A stretch of DNA of 64,000 bases from Candidatus Nanopelagicales bacterium (GCA_018402235.1 JAGYJJ010000005.1:346561-410560); one strand, 5' to 3'. Positions 9,967-19,581 are shown, numbered from the stretch's first letter. Numbers and translations are program-made. Notes: generated by a model from the letters alone, not told the origin.

Positions 9967-11449
9967 AGCGGGAAATCAGCCCGTCCCGGTATACGCCCAC
10001 GGTCGCGGCACCGACGTATGCCGCGGTAGCAACAACACCTAGGCCCGCCACCAGCGGTAACGGCAGCGACGTTATCCCCGTCCACTCCAAATCCAGATCA
10101 ATGTCGAATAGTCCTCGCGTTGATCCCGATGCGTAGCGGTGCGCGTTTACCCACAGCGACAGGCCTCCGGACACCACCATCGCGATACCGAGCACCCAGG
10201 CGAAGGCGCGTGACAGGGGTAACCCGGGCTTGGTGTGTCGGCCGTAGGGAATGGCCAGACTTAACGTGGCGAAGAGAACGACGATCAGCGGCAGCAGATA
10301 TCGCGCCTGCACTACTTCCCCAACGCCCAAGCCCTCCCGCTGCAAGAACACGAGCGGCGCGGCAACCAACGCTGCCAGCGCGAGGAGTGAAGCCAGGACT
10401 TTGCGCAGAGATATCACTGACAATCCCCGATAGACCACAGCACCCAATGCGAGAACTCCGAAAACTGGTACCAGCGGCGGCAGAACAGTGTCATTCCAGC
10501 CCAGTGGCATGCCACCAACCGAACCTTGAAGGTATACGGGTAGGTAGACGATGTTTGTCAGCAATAGCCCTGGGCCTGCCTCGTTCAACCCCAAGTTGTC
10601 TTCGGGACCGCTCCCGGGTGTTCCGAAGGTGGCGAATTGCACGAGTCCCACTACGGCAATGGCGAGCAGCGATGCACTCGCGATCCACGCTTCTTTGAGT
10701 CGCCGCACCCCGGTCAGCACGCCAATCACCGCAATGACAACCACCACATACGCAGACGCATCAACGCGCGAGCCAATCGCCAACCCGGCGGATAAGACCG
10801 TCGCTGCCAGAAGAACCCAGGTGCGCCGCGAGCGCCACGACGTGCGTCGCGCGAGGGCCATGCCGAATGCCCACAGGAACGTGATTCCGGTAACCGTCCA
10901 ACTACTCGGATTAGTGGAAGGAATGATGAACAGACCAAGAGGGACGTAAACCACAAGAACGACGACCACAACCGCAGACCGCACGGCGGGGGTCAGCACT
11001 CGTAACGCCAGGGCCAGTAGCCCTGCCGCAATAGCGGCATTCAACATCCGCATCAACAGCACCGAGCGCTGCTCATCTGGGCCAACGAGCGTGCCCATGG
11101 CCCGATAAAAGAGCGTCGGATACAAACCAACGGTGTTGTTCACGCGTTCGGTCGAAACGAGGACGTCGCTCAGATCATCGGCGCACGCTGCAGTAATCGA
11201 CGCGTCGTAGGCGAAACACTCATGCGCAAAACCCACCGATTGAGGGATCAGGCGGGCTGTGGGATTCGCCGGATCCACTTCACAGACTCCATCGCGTTCG
11301 CCACCAGCGCACCAGATGGATGTCAGGTGGTAGTCGTCGTCGGGTGATGAGCCCACCGGGCTCGTCAGCGCCCATCCAACAAGGGTCACAAAGAACGCGA
11401 TCGGCAACACGATCGCCCAAGCGCCCCCCATTTTTCTCACCCCGGTCAC
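9896..11449 (-). CDS. DUF2142-type multi-pass membrane protein (GT-C-like); 3' end uncertain
   Basis: SPVGSSPDDDYH, YPTLFY, S.NP, QARYLLP; many TM segments. Confidence 0.75.
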   Translation of the reverse strand: MTGVRKMGGAWAIVLPIAFFVTLVGWALTSPVGSSPDDDYHLTSIWCAGGERDGVCEVDPANPTARLIPQSVGFAHECFAYDASITAACADDLSDVLVSTERVNNTVGLYPTLFYRAMGTLVGPDEQRSVLLMRMLNAAIAAGLLALALRVLTPAVRSAVVVVVLVVYVPLGLFIIPSTNPSSWTVTGITFLWAFGMALARRTSWRSRRTWVLLAATVLSAGLAIGSRVDASAYVVVVIAVIGVLTGVRRLKEAWIASASLLAIAVVGLVQFATFGTPGSGPEDNLGLNEAGPGLLLTNIVYLPVYLQGSVGGMPLGWNDTVLPPLVPVFGVLALGAVVYRGLSVISLRKVLASLLALAALVAAPLVFLQREGLGVGEVVQARYLLPLIVVLFATLSLAIPYGRHTKPGLPLSRAFAWVLGIAMVVSGGLSLWVNAHRYASGSTRGLFDIDLDLEWTGITSLPLPLVAGLGVVATAAYVGAATVGVYRDGLISRSRERNGFSHSCMPSCSVKPDRVG

Positions 11450-11585
11450 CCTTCCTTCCTACCCGGCGACGCGCCGAGCCAGGCAACCGGGTCGCAAAGT
11501 CGGAAACCACCTGTGCTTACCATGGCGGCTCAACCCCTAGCCACGACGCAACTCATGCCCGCCTTCCCGCGTAATCGGAGGTTTC

Positions 11586-12860
11586 ATGCTCCGCCCGCTC
11601 GTTGCCCTGTGCAGCCTCGTTCTCCTCGTCACGTCTATTCCGGCTGCTCACGCGGAGCCTTCCCCCGTGCAGGAAGCACCGAACCCTTGGCGGAACGTGC
11701 AAGCCTGGGAAACCGCGGTGGTCCAACGGGTTGTCGATGGGGACACCGTGATCGTCAACGACGAAGTCACGGGTGCCCAATCGCGCGTGCGGCTGCTCGG
11801 CATCAACGCTCCGGAAAAGCCCACCAAGAGGAAGCCGGGCAACTGCGGGGGTGTGCAAGCTCTTGAGACGCTGACCGCACTACTCCCGGTCGGAACTCGA
11901 GTGCGCCTGTTGTCGTCGGACCGCGCCTCAACCGGTAAGGCGCAGCGTCCGCAGCGGGTCGTCCTCGCTTACAACGAGAAGACCGGTGAGTTCGATCAAG
12001 ACGTTGCGTGGGGCATGGCCGAACGTGGCTGGGGTGTGTGGTTCACAGTTCCCCGTGAGGCTGCCATGAGTTCTTTGTACCGAGCTGCCATCGAAGGCGC
12101 GCAACAGCGCCGCGTGGGTATGTGGAGTCCGGAACTGTGCGGGGCGATCGAACAGCCGGATGCTTCGCTCTCAATTCGTATCACTCGAGGCAACGGCAGC
12201 GTGGCCGACGAGACCGTCACGGTGCGCAACACCGGTGGAACCACAGTGGATATCACCGGGTGGATGCTCCGCGACGCTGGAAACGCCGGCTGGTACACCT
12301 TCCCCGGCGGGTCGGTGCTGACTCCCGGTGATTACCGAGTTGTCCATACGGGTAAGGGCCGTGATCGCAAACCCACCGGACACGACGTTTACCGAAACCG
12401 AAAGACCGAGCTATACGTAGATCCCGGACGCGAACCGAACCTGGTGGGCGATGGCGCTTACCTATTGGATAGGGCCGGCAACTTCCGCTCGTGGCGCGAG
12501 TACCCGTGCACCGAGCGCTGCGATCCGGATGAAGGTATGGGCACGTTGGTCATCGAAGATCTCTCCCTGGGTAAGAACCGAGGCAAGAAGCGCGCGCAGA
12601 GCCAATTCATCCGAGTTGCCAATCAAGGCGCCACCACGCTGTGCCTGGACGGCTACCGAATGCAGACCGAAGGGCTCACCTACTGGTTCCCTTCCGGCAC
12701 CTGTCTGGAGCCGGGCGCGACGCTCACATTGCATGGCGGTGACCGCCGCAGTTGGTCCAAAGCCACGTACCTGAACCGGAAGAAGCCGATGTTCTATCTG
12801 TCCGGCAGCGCCCAGATCATCACCGATCGCGACCAGGTGCTAGCCGAACGCTTCTGGTAG
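11586..12860 (+). CDS. Secreted thermonuclease (SNase) with two lamin-tail domains
   Basis: Signal peptide; VVDGDT and VRLLGINAPE; AQQRRVGMW; ETVTVRNTG...VDITGWMLRD and FIRVANQG...LDGY. Confidence 0.85.
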   Translation: MLRPLVALCSLVLLVTSIPAAHAEPSPVQEAPNPWRNVQAWETAVVQRVVDGDTVIVNDEVTGAQSRVRLLGINAPEKPTKRKPGNCGGVQALETLTALLPVGTRVRLLSSDRASTGKAQRPQRVVLAYNEKTGEFDQDVAWGMAERGWGVWFTVPREAAMSSLYRAAIEGAQQRRVGMWSPELCGAIEQPDASLSIRITRGNGSVADETVTVRNTGGTTVDITGWMLRDAGNAGWYTFPGGSVLTPGDYRVVHTGKGRDRKPTGHDVYRNRKTELYVDPGREPNLVGDGAYLLDRAGNFRSWREYPCTERCDPDEGMGTLVIEDLSLGKNRGKKRAQSQFIRVANQGATTLCLDGYRMQTEGLTYWFPSGTCLEPGATLTLHGGDRRSWSKATYLNRKKPMFYLSGSAQIITDRDQVLAERFW

Positions 12861-12984
12861 CGCGCCTGTTGGGCCTGCGCACTTGGCGCCTTAGTCCAGG
12901 CGCGGGCTGATCGCGGCGGCGGCCCGTGGCCAACCTGAGCGCCGCGCCGGACTAGGTTGAGTTCCTCACTTGAGGAAGGTTTTC

Positions 12985-13781
12985 ATGGGCCTGGGTACCG
13001 ACGTCCGACTGTCGCGATTGTTCTCGCATCCGTCCGGCAACCTGTTCGGCATCGCTGTCGATCACTTCGTTGGTTACGGCAACGTTCGTGAAGGCGGATT
13101 GGCGAATCTTCCCGAGGCGGTCAACCGCTGCATCACGGCCAAGCCCGACACCATGACCATGACCCCCGGGACCGCCAAGGGTTGCTGGCCGGCCCACGCG
13201 GGTAAGGCGTCGCTGATCATTCAGGCGTCGTATTGGACACCCGACGACCGGATTCGTGATCGTCTCGCCACCGCCGCTGATGCCGTTCGGCTCGGTGCGG
13301 ACGCGCTTGCGGTGGCGATCGGTGTTCGCGGGGAAACAGAAGGTGACTTCATCCGCTGGCTAGCCGATGCGGTGCGCGATGCAGCGCCGTACGAGTTGCC
13401 GGTGGTTGCCACACATTTATCCGCGCGACTACTCCGATGGCGTGAAGATCGTGTTCACCCCCGAGGAGATCGCCTACGCAGTACGCGTGGGCATCGAGAC
13501 CGGCGTGGACGTCATCAAGGTCGGCTATCCAGGTGATGAGAAGGCTTTCACAGAGATCATCGATGCCTGTCCGGTGCCGGTGGTGATGGCCGGTGGGCCC
13601 AAGGAGCCCACCCTCGAAGGCGCCCTCGACCACATCGTGGCCGGGATGCGCGCAGGTGCCCGGGGTGCAGTGGTCGGGCCGCAACATCTGGGGTGAGGCG
13701 AACATGGAGCAGGCTGCTCGTGCGTATGCAGCGGTCATTCACGACGGCGCTAGCGCCGCTGAGGCCATCGCCCGCGCATGA
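12985..13781 (+). CDS. Class I aldolase, DhnA/LsrF family (frameshifts near 13412 and 13678)
   Basis: AVDH, DAVRLGADALAV, LPVV.HIYPR, GVDVIK (Schiff-base Lys), CPVPVVMAGGPK, GRNIW across three frames. Confidence 0.85.
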
Positions 13782-14686
13782 TCATCGGCCTCGGTTGTCT
13801 GGCGCACGATCGCGTGCTGGTCACCGAGACGACCTGGGGCGCCGGAAAAGGCCGCATCACCAGGCGACAAACACGTTTCGGGGGAAATGTTCGCAACGCC
13901 CTGGCTACCGTGGCTGCACTTGACTATCCGGCCGCGTATCTCGCCTCCGTTGGCACATCGGCGCTCGGTAACGAAGCGATGGCCGATCTCACCGCACATC
14001 ACATCGATACGCGCTTCATTGAGCGCGTTGAGGGCGCGGACCCAGTCACTTCGACACTCATCATCACCTCCGACGGTGAGCGGTACATCGCGTTCGACGA
14101 TGCACCTTTGGCCATGACACCCTTGCCATCACAAACAACAGTTAACGACGCTGTGGGCTATACCGAGGTCCTGTTGGTCGATGCGCCCACGGCCCCTCCC
14201 AGGTCACGCGACGTGGTGACGCGGATACGTGAAGCCGGCATACCCGTTGTCTTGGACGCCGAGCGCGATCCTTCGCCCACCGTGCGCGCCCTCATTGACG
14301 CCGCCGATCATGTGGTGATCCCGTTAGCGTTCGGAGTCGAACTCACCGAGCGCGCGGAGCCCCGCGATATCGCAGCAGCACTGTGGAACGAGCATCGAAG
14401 CGCCATAGTTTTGACCGATGGCCCGCGCGGCTCGCACGCATTTGATCATCCCGATAACGCCGTCCACGTTCCTGCGTTCACCGTCACGGCTGTGGACACG
14501 ACCGGGTGCGGTGATGCGTTCCATGGTGCCTACGCCTGGGGTCTTGCCCGAGGCGACGATCTTGTGACCCGAGTCGAGGTCGCCAGTGCAGCTGCGGCGG
14601 TTGTCGCCGCCCTCGGACCTGAAGCCAAGCGCGTTCCATCCCGCTCAGCGATCGAACAATTCCTCGCTTCGAGGAACGCGACATGA
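13778..14686 (+). CDS. PfkB-family carbohydrate kinase
   Basis: GGN..NA, VVLDAE, DTTGCGDAFHGA; ATGA coupling to the aldolase. Confidence 0.92.
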   Translation: MIIGLGCLAHDRVLVTETTWGAGKGRITRRQTRFGGNVRNALATVAALDYPAAYLASVGTSALGNEAMADLTAHHIDTRFIERVEGADPVTSTLIITSDGERYIAFDDAPLAMTPLPSQTTVNDAVGYTEVLLVDAPTAPPRSRDVVTRIREAGIPVVLDAERDPSPTVRALIDAADHVVIPLAFGVELTERAEPRDIAAALWNEHRSAIVLTDGPRGSHAFDHPDNAVHVPAFTVTAVDTTGCGDAFHGAYAWGLARGDDLVTRVEVASAAAAVVAALGPEAKRVPSRSAIEQFLASRNAT

Positions 14687-15273
14687 CAGCAATCGGGTGG
14701 GGTTCTGGGATCTGGCTGCACGAACCACCTGAGCATCGAGTCGATGACGGCGAACTCATCGTGACAACCGACCACGAATCCGACTTCTGGCGCTCAACTG
14801 GCTACGACTTCATCCACTACTCCGGCCACGGGCTGTTAATCGACTTCCCACCCAACACCGCGATGGAGGTGGAGTTCTCTGCCGAGTGGACCCACGAGTT
14901 CGATCAAGCTGGGCTTCTCCTGCACGCCGACGAATCACACTGGGTCAAGGCGGGGGTTGAGTTCGCCGATGGAGTTCTCGGACTCGGTGCGGTGGTCACC
15001 GATGAAAAATCAGATTGGTCAGTGGGCCATGTTCCCGAGTGGATGGGTCAACGCATCCGCGTACGGGTGAGCCGCTCGCGAGATGCCATAACCGTCCGAG
15101 CGAAAACCGAAAGCGATCCGTGGCGACTTGTGCGGCTCGCACCGATAAATCCAGACCTCACCTGGCGCGCCGGACCGCTAGCGGCAAGTCCCACCCGCGC
15201 GGGACTTGAAGTCACGTTCCATTCGTGGGTTCGTGTACCGGCGGACGACGCCATTCACGAGTCCAACCACTAG
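14683..15273 (+). CDS. DUF1349 domain protein (concanavalin-like fold)
   Basis: SDFWR.T.Y.F, FDQAGL, WVKAGVE, VVT...SDWS, WRLVRLAP. Confidence 0.85.
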   Translation: MTAIGWGSGIWLHEPPEHRVDDGELIVTTDHESDFWRSTGYDFIHYSGHGLLIDFPPNTAMEVEFSAEWTHEFDQAGLLLHADESHWVKAGVEFADGVLGLGAVVTDEKSDWSVGHVPEWMGQRIRVRVSRSRDAITVRAKTESDPWRLVRLAPINPDLTWRAGPLAASPTRAGLEVTFHSWVRVPADDAIHESNH

Positions 15274-16687
15274 CGGGCCTGGATGATCACTGTGTTGGAC
15301 CGGACATCCCCATCTTCTGTTCTGAATTGGACGGCGACCCTCTTGCCCGTTTTGCGCTCGTACTCAAAGGTGCCGTCTGCTGCAACCGTGCGTCGCGCGA
15401 CAGCAGCGGTGAAACCCGTCTGTCCCGGGAACCGTAGGTAAGGCACGAGTTTCGTCCCCTCGGGTAAACCCGTTGTGACCCCCTCTACCTGGATCCGCCG
15501 GCCAGACCGCTCCCCCTCGATCACGATTTCCTTCTTAACGGCGCGCGAAAGGTCCGGAATCCAGGGATTGGTCACACCCACCGTTGCTGGTAAGGCTGCC
15601 CACGCCGCGTTGATCGCAGGTGTTGCCGGGTTCATTTGCACACCGAGAAGGTCGAAGTCCACTGCCGTGAACTCGTACCACGCGGTTACTGCGATACCGA
15701 GTGCGCGCGAATCCTGAAAGGAGCAGGTCAGGAGCGCAGCCCCATCGGCATCCGACCACGCAGTCTTGGGCCGCGGGCCCGGTCCGGCAAGACCGAAGTT
15801 CACTTCGGTATCCCAGATCGGCTTGACGGTGCTCCACGCCGCCTTGGTGCCAGCGCGGAGAAGTGCCCGTTGCCAGCGGATGATGTCGTCCACCCGCTGC
15901 TCGCATGCCTGAGCCACCGTTGGTCCAGCATCGGCAGCCGGGTACGTGTGGATCGACCAGGCGTCGAGAGCTGCGAGGGTGTCCGGCGACAACTCAGCGA
16001 TCATCGCCTCGGTGAAGCGGGGACCACTTGCGAGTCGGGTAGTCACGGATGGCGCTAACGTGATCGAGGTCGTACCTATTTCTTCAACTGCAATACGCGT
16101 CATCTCTGCCATTTGTTGCGGCGTTCCGGTCCAGAACGTCTGCAAGTTAGCTTCGTTCCAGATTTCGTAGGCACCGATCCGACTGCCGTACCGCTGCACC
16201 AGCGCGCGCACGTATTCACGCCACGTGTTGATGTCCGCAGGTGGACTCGCGGTGCCCGCACCCCACCGCGGGTCGCCCGCGTTTGGGTCGGCAGCGGCCC
16301 ACTGCGGCGTCAGACCCAGCACCATGATCGGCTTGGCGCCCCAGGACTCCACCTGTTCGATGCGTCGGTCCAAGATTCTGAAGTCGAAAGCACCGCGCGC
16401 CGGGTTCACATCGCGCCAGGCCACTTTCATGTCCCACAGGCGGAAGTAATTCGCAGCCGGGGGCTGAAGACCTTCAAGGCCTGCGTTCCAACCCACCTCC
16501 GGACCGGCCGAAAGGGCTGGGGTGAACGGTCCGTTTCCTTGTGCCCACAGTTGTTGGAAGCCACTCGCTTCATCGGTGGTGATGATGGTGGCCGAATGGG
16601 CGGGGTTGGCGGTGGATCGCCAGGCCCAACGCAAGAGCAACGGACGACGCAGCAGCAATGACGGTGCGGAAATTGGGGAAGGCGCAT
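15270..16687 (-). CDS. Secreted clan GH-A glycoside hydrolase with a small C-terminal beta domain (5' part frameshifted)
   Basis: RLWD..V.W, LGLTPQWA, YEIWNEAN (acid/base), S.HTYP, WDTEVN (nucleophile); signal-peptide-like N-terminus from ATG 16687. Confidence 0.8.
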
Positions 16688-16751
16688 ACCTCCAGGCTAC
16701 GTCACCAAGCTGGCTGCCCTAACCGCGCTCGATAATCAGCTAAGTACATCC

Positions 16752-16805
16752 AAACCTGCAGTTTCCGTCAGATCAGGGGCAAGTTTTGACGCAAAGTGCA
16801 GGTTT
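16752..16805. terminator. Long hairpin downstream of tRNA-Arg
   Basis: AAACCTGCAGTTTCCGTCA ... TGACGCAAAGTGCAGGTTT; 17 of 19 positions complementary; 15 nt from the tRNA 3' end. Confidence 0.5.
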
Positions 16806-16820
16806 CGGCGAATTAATACG

Positions 16821-16896
16821 TGGCGCGCCCGGAGAGATTCGAACTCCCAACCTTCTGATCCGTAGTCAGATGCTCTATCCGTTGAGCTACGGGCGC
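16821..16896 (-). tRNA. tRNA-Arg(ACG)
   Basis: GCGCCCGTAGCTCAACGGATAGAGCATCTGACTACGGATCAGAAGGTTGGGAGTTCGAATCTCTCCGGGCGCGCCA; cloverleaf, anticodon ACG, encoded CCA. Confidence 0.98.
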
Positions 16897-16981
16897 TCGC
16901 GCCCCTGGCGTGAAGCGCAGCGGGAAGTCTAGCCGGGCCGTTCCGGGTGCGGATTAGCCGGCCACGATGCACACTCGTCGC

Positions 16982-17438
16982 ATGGAAAACACCTCCGAGG
17001 CCATAGATCCCTCGCGCCGCGCGTTCCTCGTGGGCATGTGCGGGGCGGCCGCCCTCACCGCCGGCGGACTGGGCACCGCGCTCCTAGCCGACGACGCCAT
17101 GGCCGCATCCGGCATCAGGCGCCGCAAGAACGGAACCGTCGTCGTCAATGTCGACAAGGTGCCCGCCTTACGCCGAGACAACTCCCGCGTCCTACTGGGA
17201 AACGTGAAGCGAACCCCGGTAGCCATCGTCCGGCAAGGCGACACCTACACACGCGCTCAACCTGCGTTGTACGCATCAGGGCGCACCAGTCAATCCTGAT
17301 CCAGCTGGTTGGCGCTGTCCTTTGCACGGATCGCAATTCGCTCTCGATGGCGATCTGGAGCGAGGCCCGGCACTCTCACCACTGGCGGAATATTCGTCGC
17401 GGTGGAACGCGCGTAAGCGCCGCTTGATCGTCGGCTGA
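16982..17438 (+). CDS. Tat-exported Rieske [2Fe-2S] protein (frameshift near 17250)
   Basis: SRRAFL twin-arginine signal; after a shift in an ACAC run the frame reads ALNLRCTHQG...WRCPLHGSQFALDG...GPA..PL. Confidence 0.85.
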
Positions 17439-17462
17439 CAATCTCGACAGCGCCGGATCGTG

Positions 17463-17555
17463 TGGCGGAGGTGGAGGGATTTGAACCCTCGAGGGAGCTT
17501 TAAACTCCCAACCCGCTTAGCAGGCGGGCGCCATAGGCCACTAGGCGACACCTCC
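17463..17555 (-). tRNA. tRNA-Ser(GCT)
   Basis: GGAGGTGTCGCCTAGTGG...CTGCTAA anticodon loop, long variable arm, GGTTCAAATCC, CCA. Confidence 0.97.
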
Positions 17556-17623
17556 GTGCTGACCGCTTTTGGATTTCCCCATCCACCGACAGCCGGGAAA
17601 GGCTATCGGGCAGACTTGCGTCC

Positions 17624-18376
17624 GTGACAACCACGTTGGCGATCGACTGCGGAGGCGGTGGCCTCAAGGCATCGGTGCTCGACGAAACCGGCACTATGCG
17701 CGCGCAACCGGTGCGTGTTCCCACTCCTTACCCGCTGCCACCGTCGTTGTTCGTCAAAACGCTCACCGAACTCTCCGAGCAATTGCCCAAAGCAGATCGC
17801 GCAACGGTCGGAATGCCCGGGATGATCCGCCACGGAGTGGTGGTCACCACCCCGCACTACATAACTCGATCTGGTCCACGCACGCGCATCGATCCGGAGT
17901 TGGTGCCGCAGTGGGAGGGCTTCGATGCAGAGGCGGCTTTGTCCGATGCGCTCGGTATTCCCGCACGCGTGTTGAACGATGCTGAAGTGCACGGCGCTGG
18001 AGTTGTCGCGGGCCAAGGTCTGGAACTGGTTCTCACCCTCGGCACCGGTCTGGGATGCGCGATCTTTGATGGGGGCCGTCTTGCTCCGCATCTGGAAATG
18101 TCGCAGGCCCCTGTCCGCTGGGGCTTGAGTTACGACAACTACATCGGCGAGCACGAACGAAAGCGACTCGGTGATGCCCTGTGGTCGCGGCGCATCGGGC
18201 GCGTTGTCGATGTACTTCGTCCGGTGTTCTTGTGGGATCGGCTTTACCTCGGCGGCGGAAACGCGCGCCATATCACTCCAACCGTGCTGGCCAAACTCGG
18301 CGACGAAGTTGTCATCGTCCCGAACTCTGCCGCACTCGCCGGTGGCGCGCGGGCATGGCAACTGCAGACCGACTAA
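17624..18376 (+). CDS. ROK family sugar kinase (polyphosphate glucokinase-like)
   Basis: AIDCGGGGLK, GMPG, LNDAEVHG, LTLGTGLG, LYLGGGN. Confidence 0.9.
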   Translation: MTTTLAIDCGGGGLKASVLDETGTMRAQPVRVPTPYPLPPSLFVKTLTELSEQLPKADRATVGMPGMIRHGVVVTTPHYITRSGPRTRIDPELVPQWEGFDAEAALSDALGIPARVLNDAEVHGAGVVAGQGLELVLTLGTGLGCAIFDGGRLAPHLEMSQAPVRWGLSYDNYIGEHERKRLGDALWSRRIGRVVDVLRPVFLWDRLYLGGGNARHITPTVLAKLGDEVVIVPNSAALAGGARAWQLQTD

Positions 18377-19410
18377 AACCCGCCAACCCACCGAAGCCCC
18401 GCAACCCACAGACCGTGGGCGTGGTGATGTACCTGGTCGCCGCATTCTTGTTCGCGGTCAACGGTGTTCTAGCGAAGTCTGCAATCGAGGTTGGCCTGTC
18501 GCCGCTTCGGCTGACCGAATTGCGTAACGCGGGTTCGATGGTGCTGTTGGTGATCGTGGTCTTGATCGTGCGCCCGCGTGCCTTCCGAGTTACCAAAAGG
18601 GAGATCCCCTTCTTGGTCGCCTATGGAGTTATCGCTTTCACGTTGGTGCAGTTCTTGTACTTCTTCACCATCTCAAGGCTGCCGGTGGGAATCGGGACGC
18701 TGCTCGCCTTCTTAGCGCCGATCGTGGTTGCGCTTTACGTCAAGTTTTTTCGCAAGCAACCGGTGCGTGATCGCATTTGGCTGGCAATCGCGCTGACACT
18801 CATCGGTCTGGCCTTGATGGCGCAGGTATGGCTCGGGGCAACACTCGACGCCGTCGGTGTGGCCGCGGGATTGCTACTCGCATTCGCCTTAGCGCTCTAT
18901 TGGATTCTTGGTGAGTCCGGCCAAAGTCACCGCGATGCGCTATCGCTGACGATGTGGGGCTTCATCTTTTCCACCATCACCTGGTCGATCATCGCGCCAT
19001 GGACGAGCTTCCCGTACGAAATCCTCGGTCGCACTGCCGCACCTATGGTCGATGGGTGGCCAGGAATTCCGGTGTGGTTGATCATGACGCTCGGCGTTGT
19101 CCTGGGAACCGTCACGCCGTTCTTACTGGTACTCGGCTCACTGCGACGCCTGGGTGCAGCGCGGTCAGGCATCATCGGGACCACCGAGCCGGTGTGGGCT
19201 GCTCTGCTAGCCATGGCACTTCTCGGTGAAATGCTCACTCCCATCCAGGGCATTGGTGGCCTCATCGTCGTTGCCGGAATCATCGTCGCCGAGACAGCGC
19301 GACCTCAACAGATCACAACCGGGGAGTTCCCGGTTCCGCAAGAACCTGACGCACTCGACGACGAGTTCGACGAGTTCGACGACGGGCCGGTGGCGGAGCC
19401 ACGTCCCTAA
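18355..19410 (+). CDS. EamA/DMT family transporter
   Basis: About 10 TM helices, LPVGI..LL.FLAP, TEPVWAA, LLGE.LT..Q. Confidence 0.9.
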   Translation: MATADRLKPANPPKPRNPQTVGVVMYLVAAFLFAVNGVLAKSAIEVGLSPLRLTELRNAGSMVLLVIVVLIVRPRAFRVTKREIPFLVAYGVIAFTLVQFLYFFTISRLPVGIGTLLAFLAPIVVALYVKFFRKQPVRDRIWLAIALTLIGLALMAQVWLGATLDAVGVAAGLLLAFALALYWILGESGQSHRDALSLTMWGFIFSTITWSIIAPWTSFPYEILGRTAAPMVDGWPGIPVWLIMTLGVVLGTVTPFLLVLGSLRRLGAARSGIIGTTEPVWAALLAMALLGEMLTPIQGIGGLIVVAGIIVAETARPQQITTGEFPVPQEPDALDDEFDEFDDGPVAEPRP

Positions 19411-19581
19411 CAACGCAGGTTCGTTGTTCCCTGCGGGGAGGTTCGTTGTTCCCTGCGGGGAGGTTCGCCGGTCCACGCGGGGAGGTTCGCGGATTCCCGC
19501 GGGGAGGTTCGTTGTTCCCTGCGGGGAGGTTCGCGGGTCCACGCGGGGAGGTTCGCGGGTCCACGCGGGGAGGTTCGCCGG
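19411..19581. repeat. 22-bp-period array: core GCGGGGAGGTTCG plus 9-nt variable spacers
   Basis: Perfect cores at 19433, 19455, 19477, 19499, 19521, 19543 and 19565, plus a degenerate core at 19411; fills the whole gap between two convergent stop codons. Confidence 0.95.

Noticed and set aside
19411-19581. CRISPR array
   Set aside because: The repeat (13 bp) and spacers (9 nt) are far too short, spacers recur, and there is no cas gene or leader.
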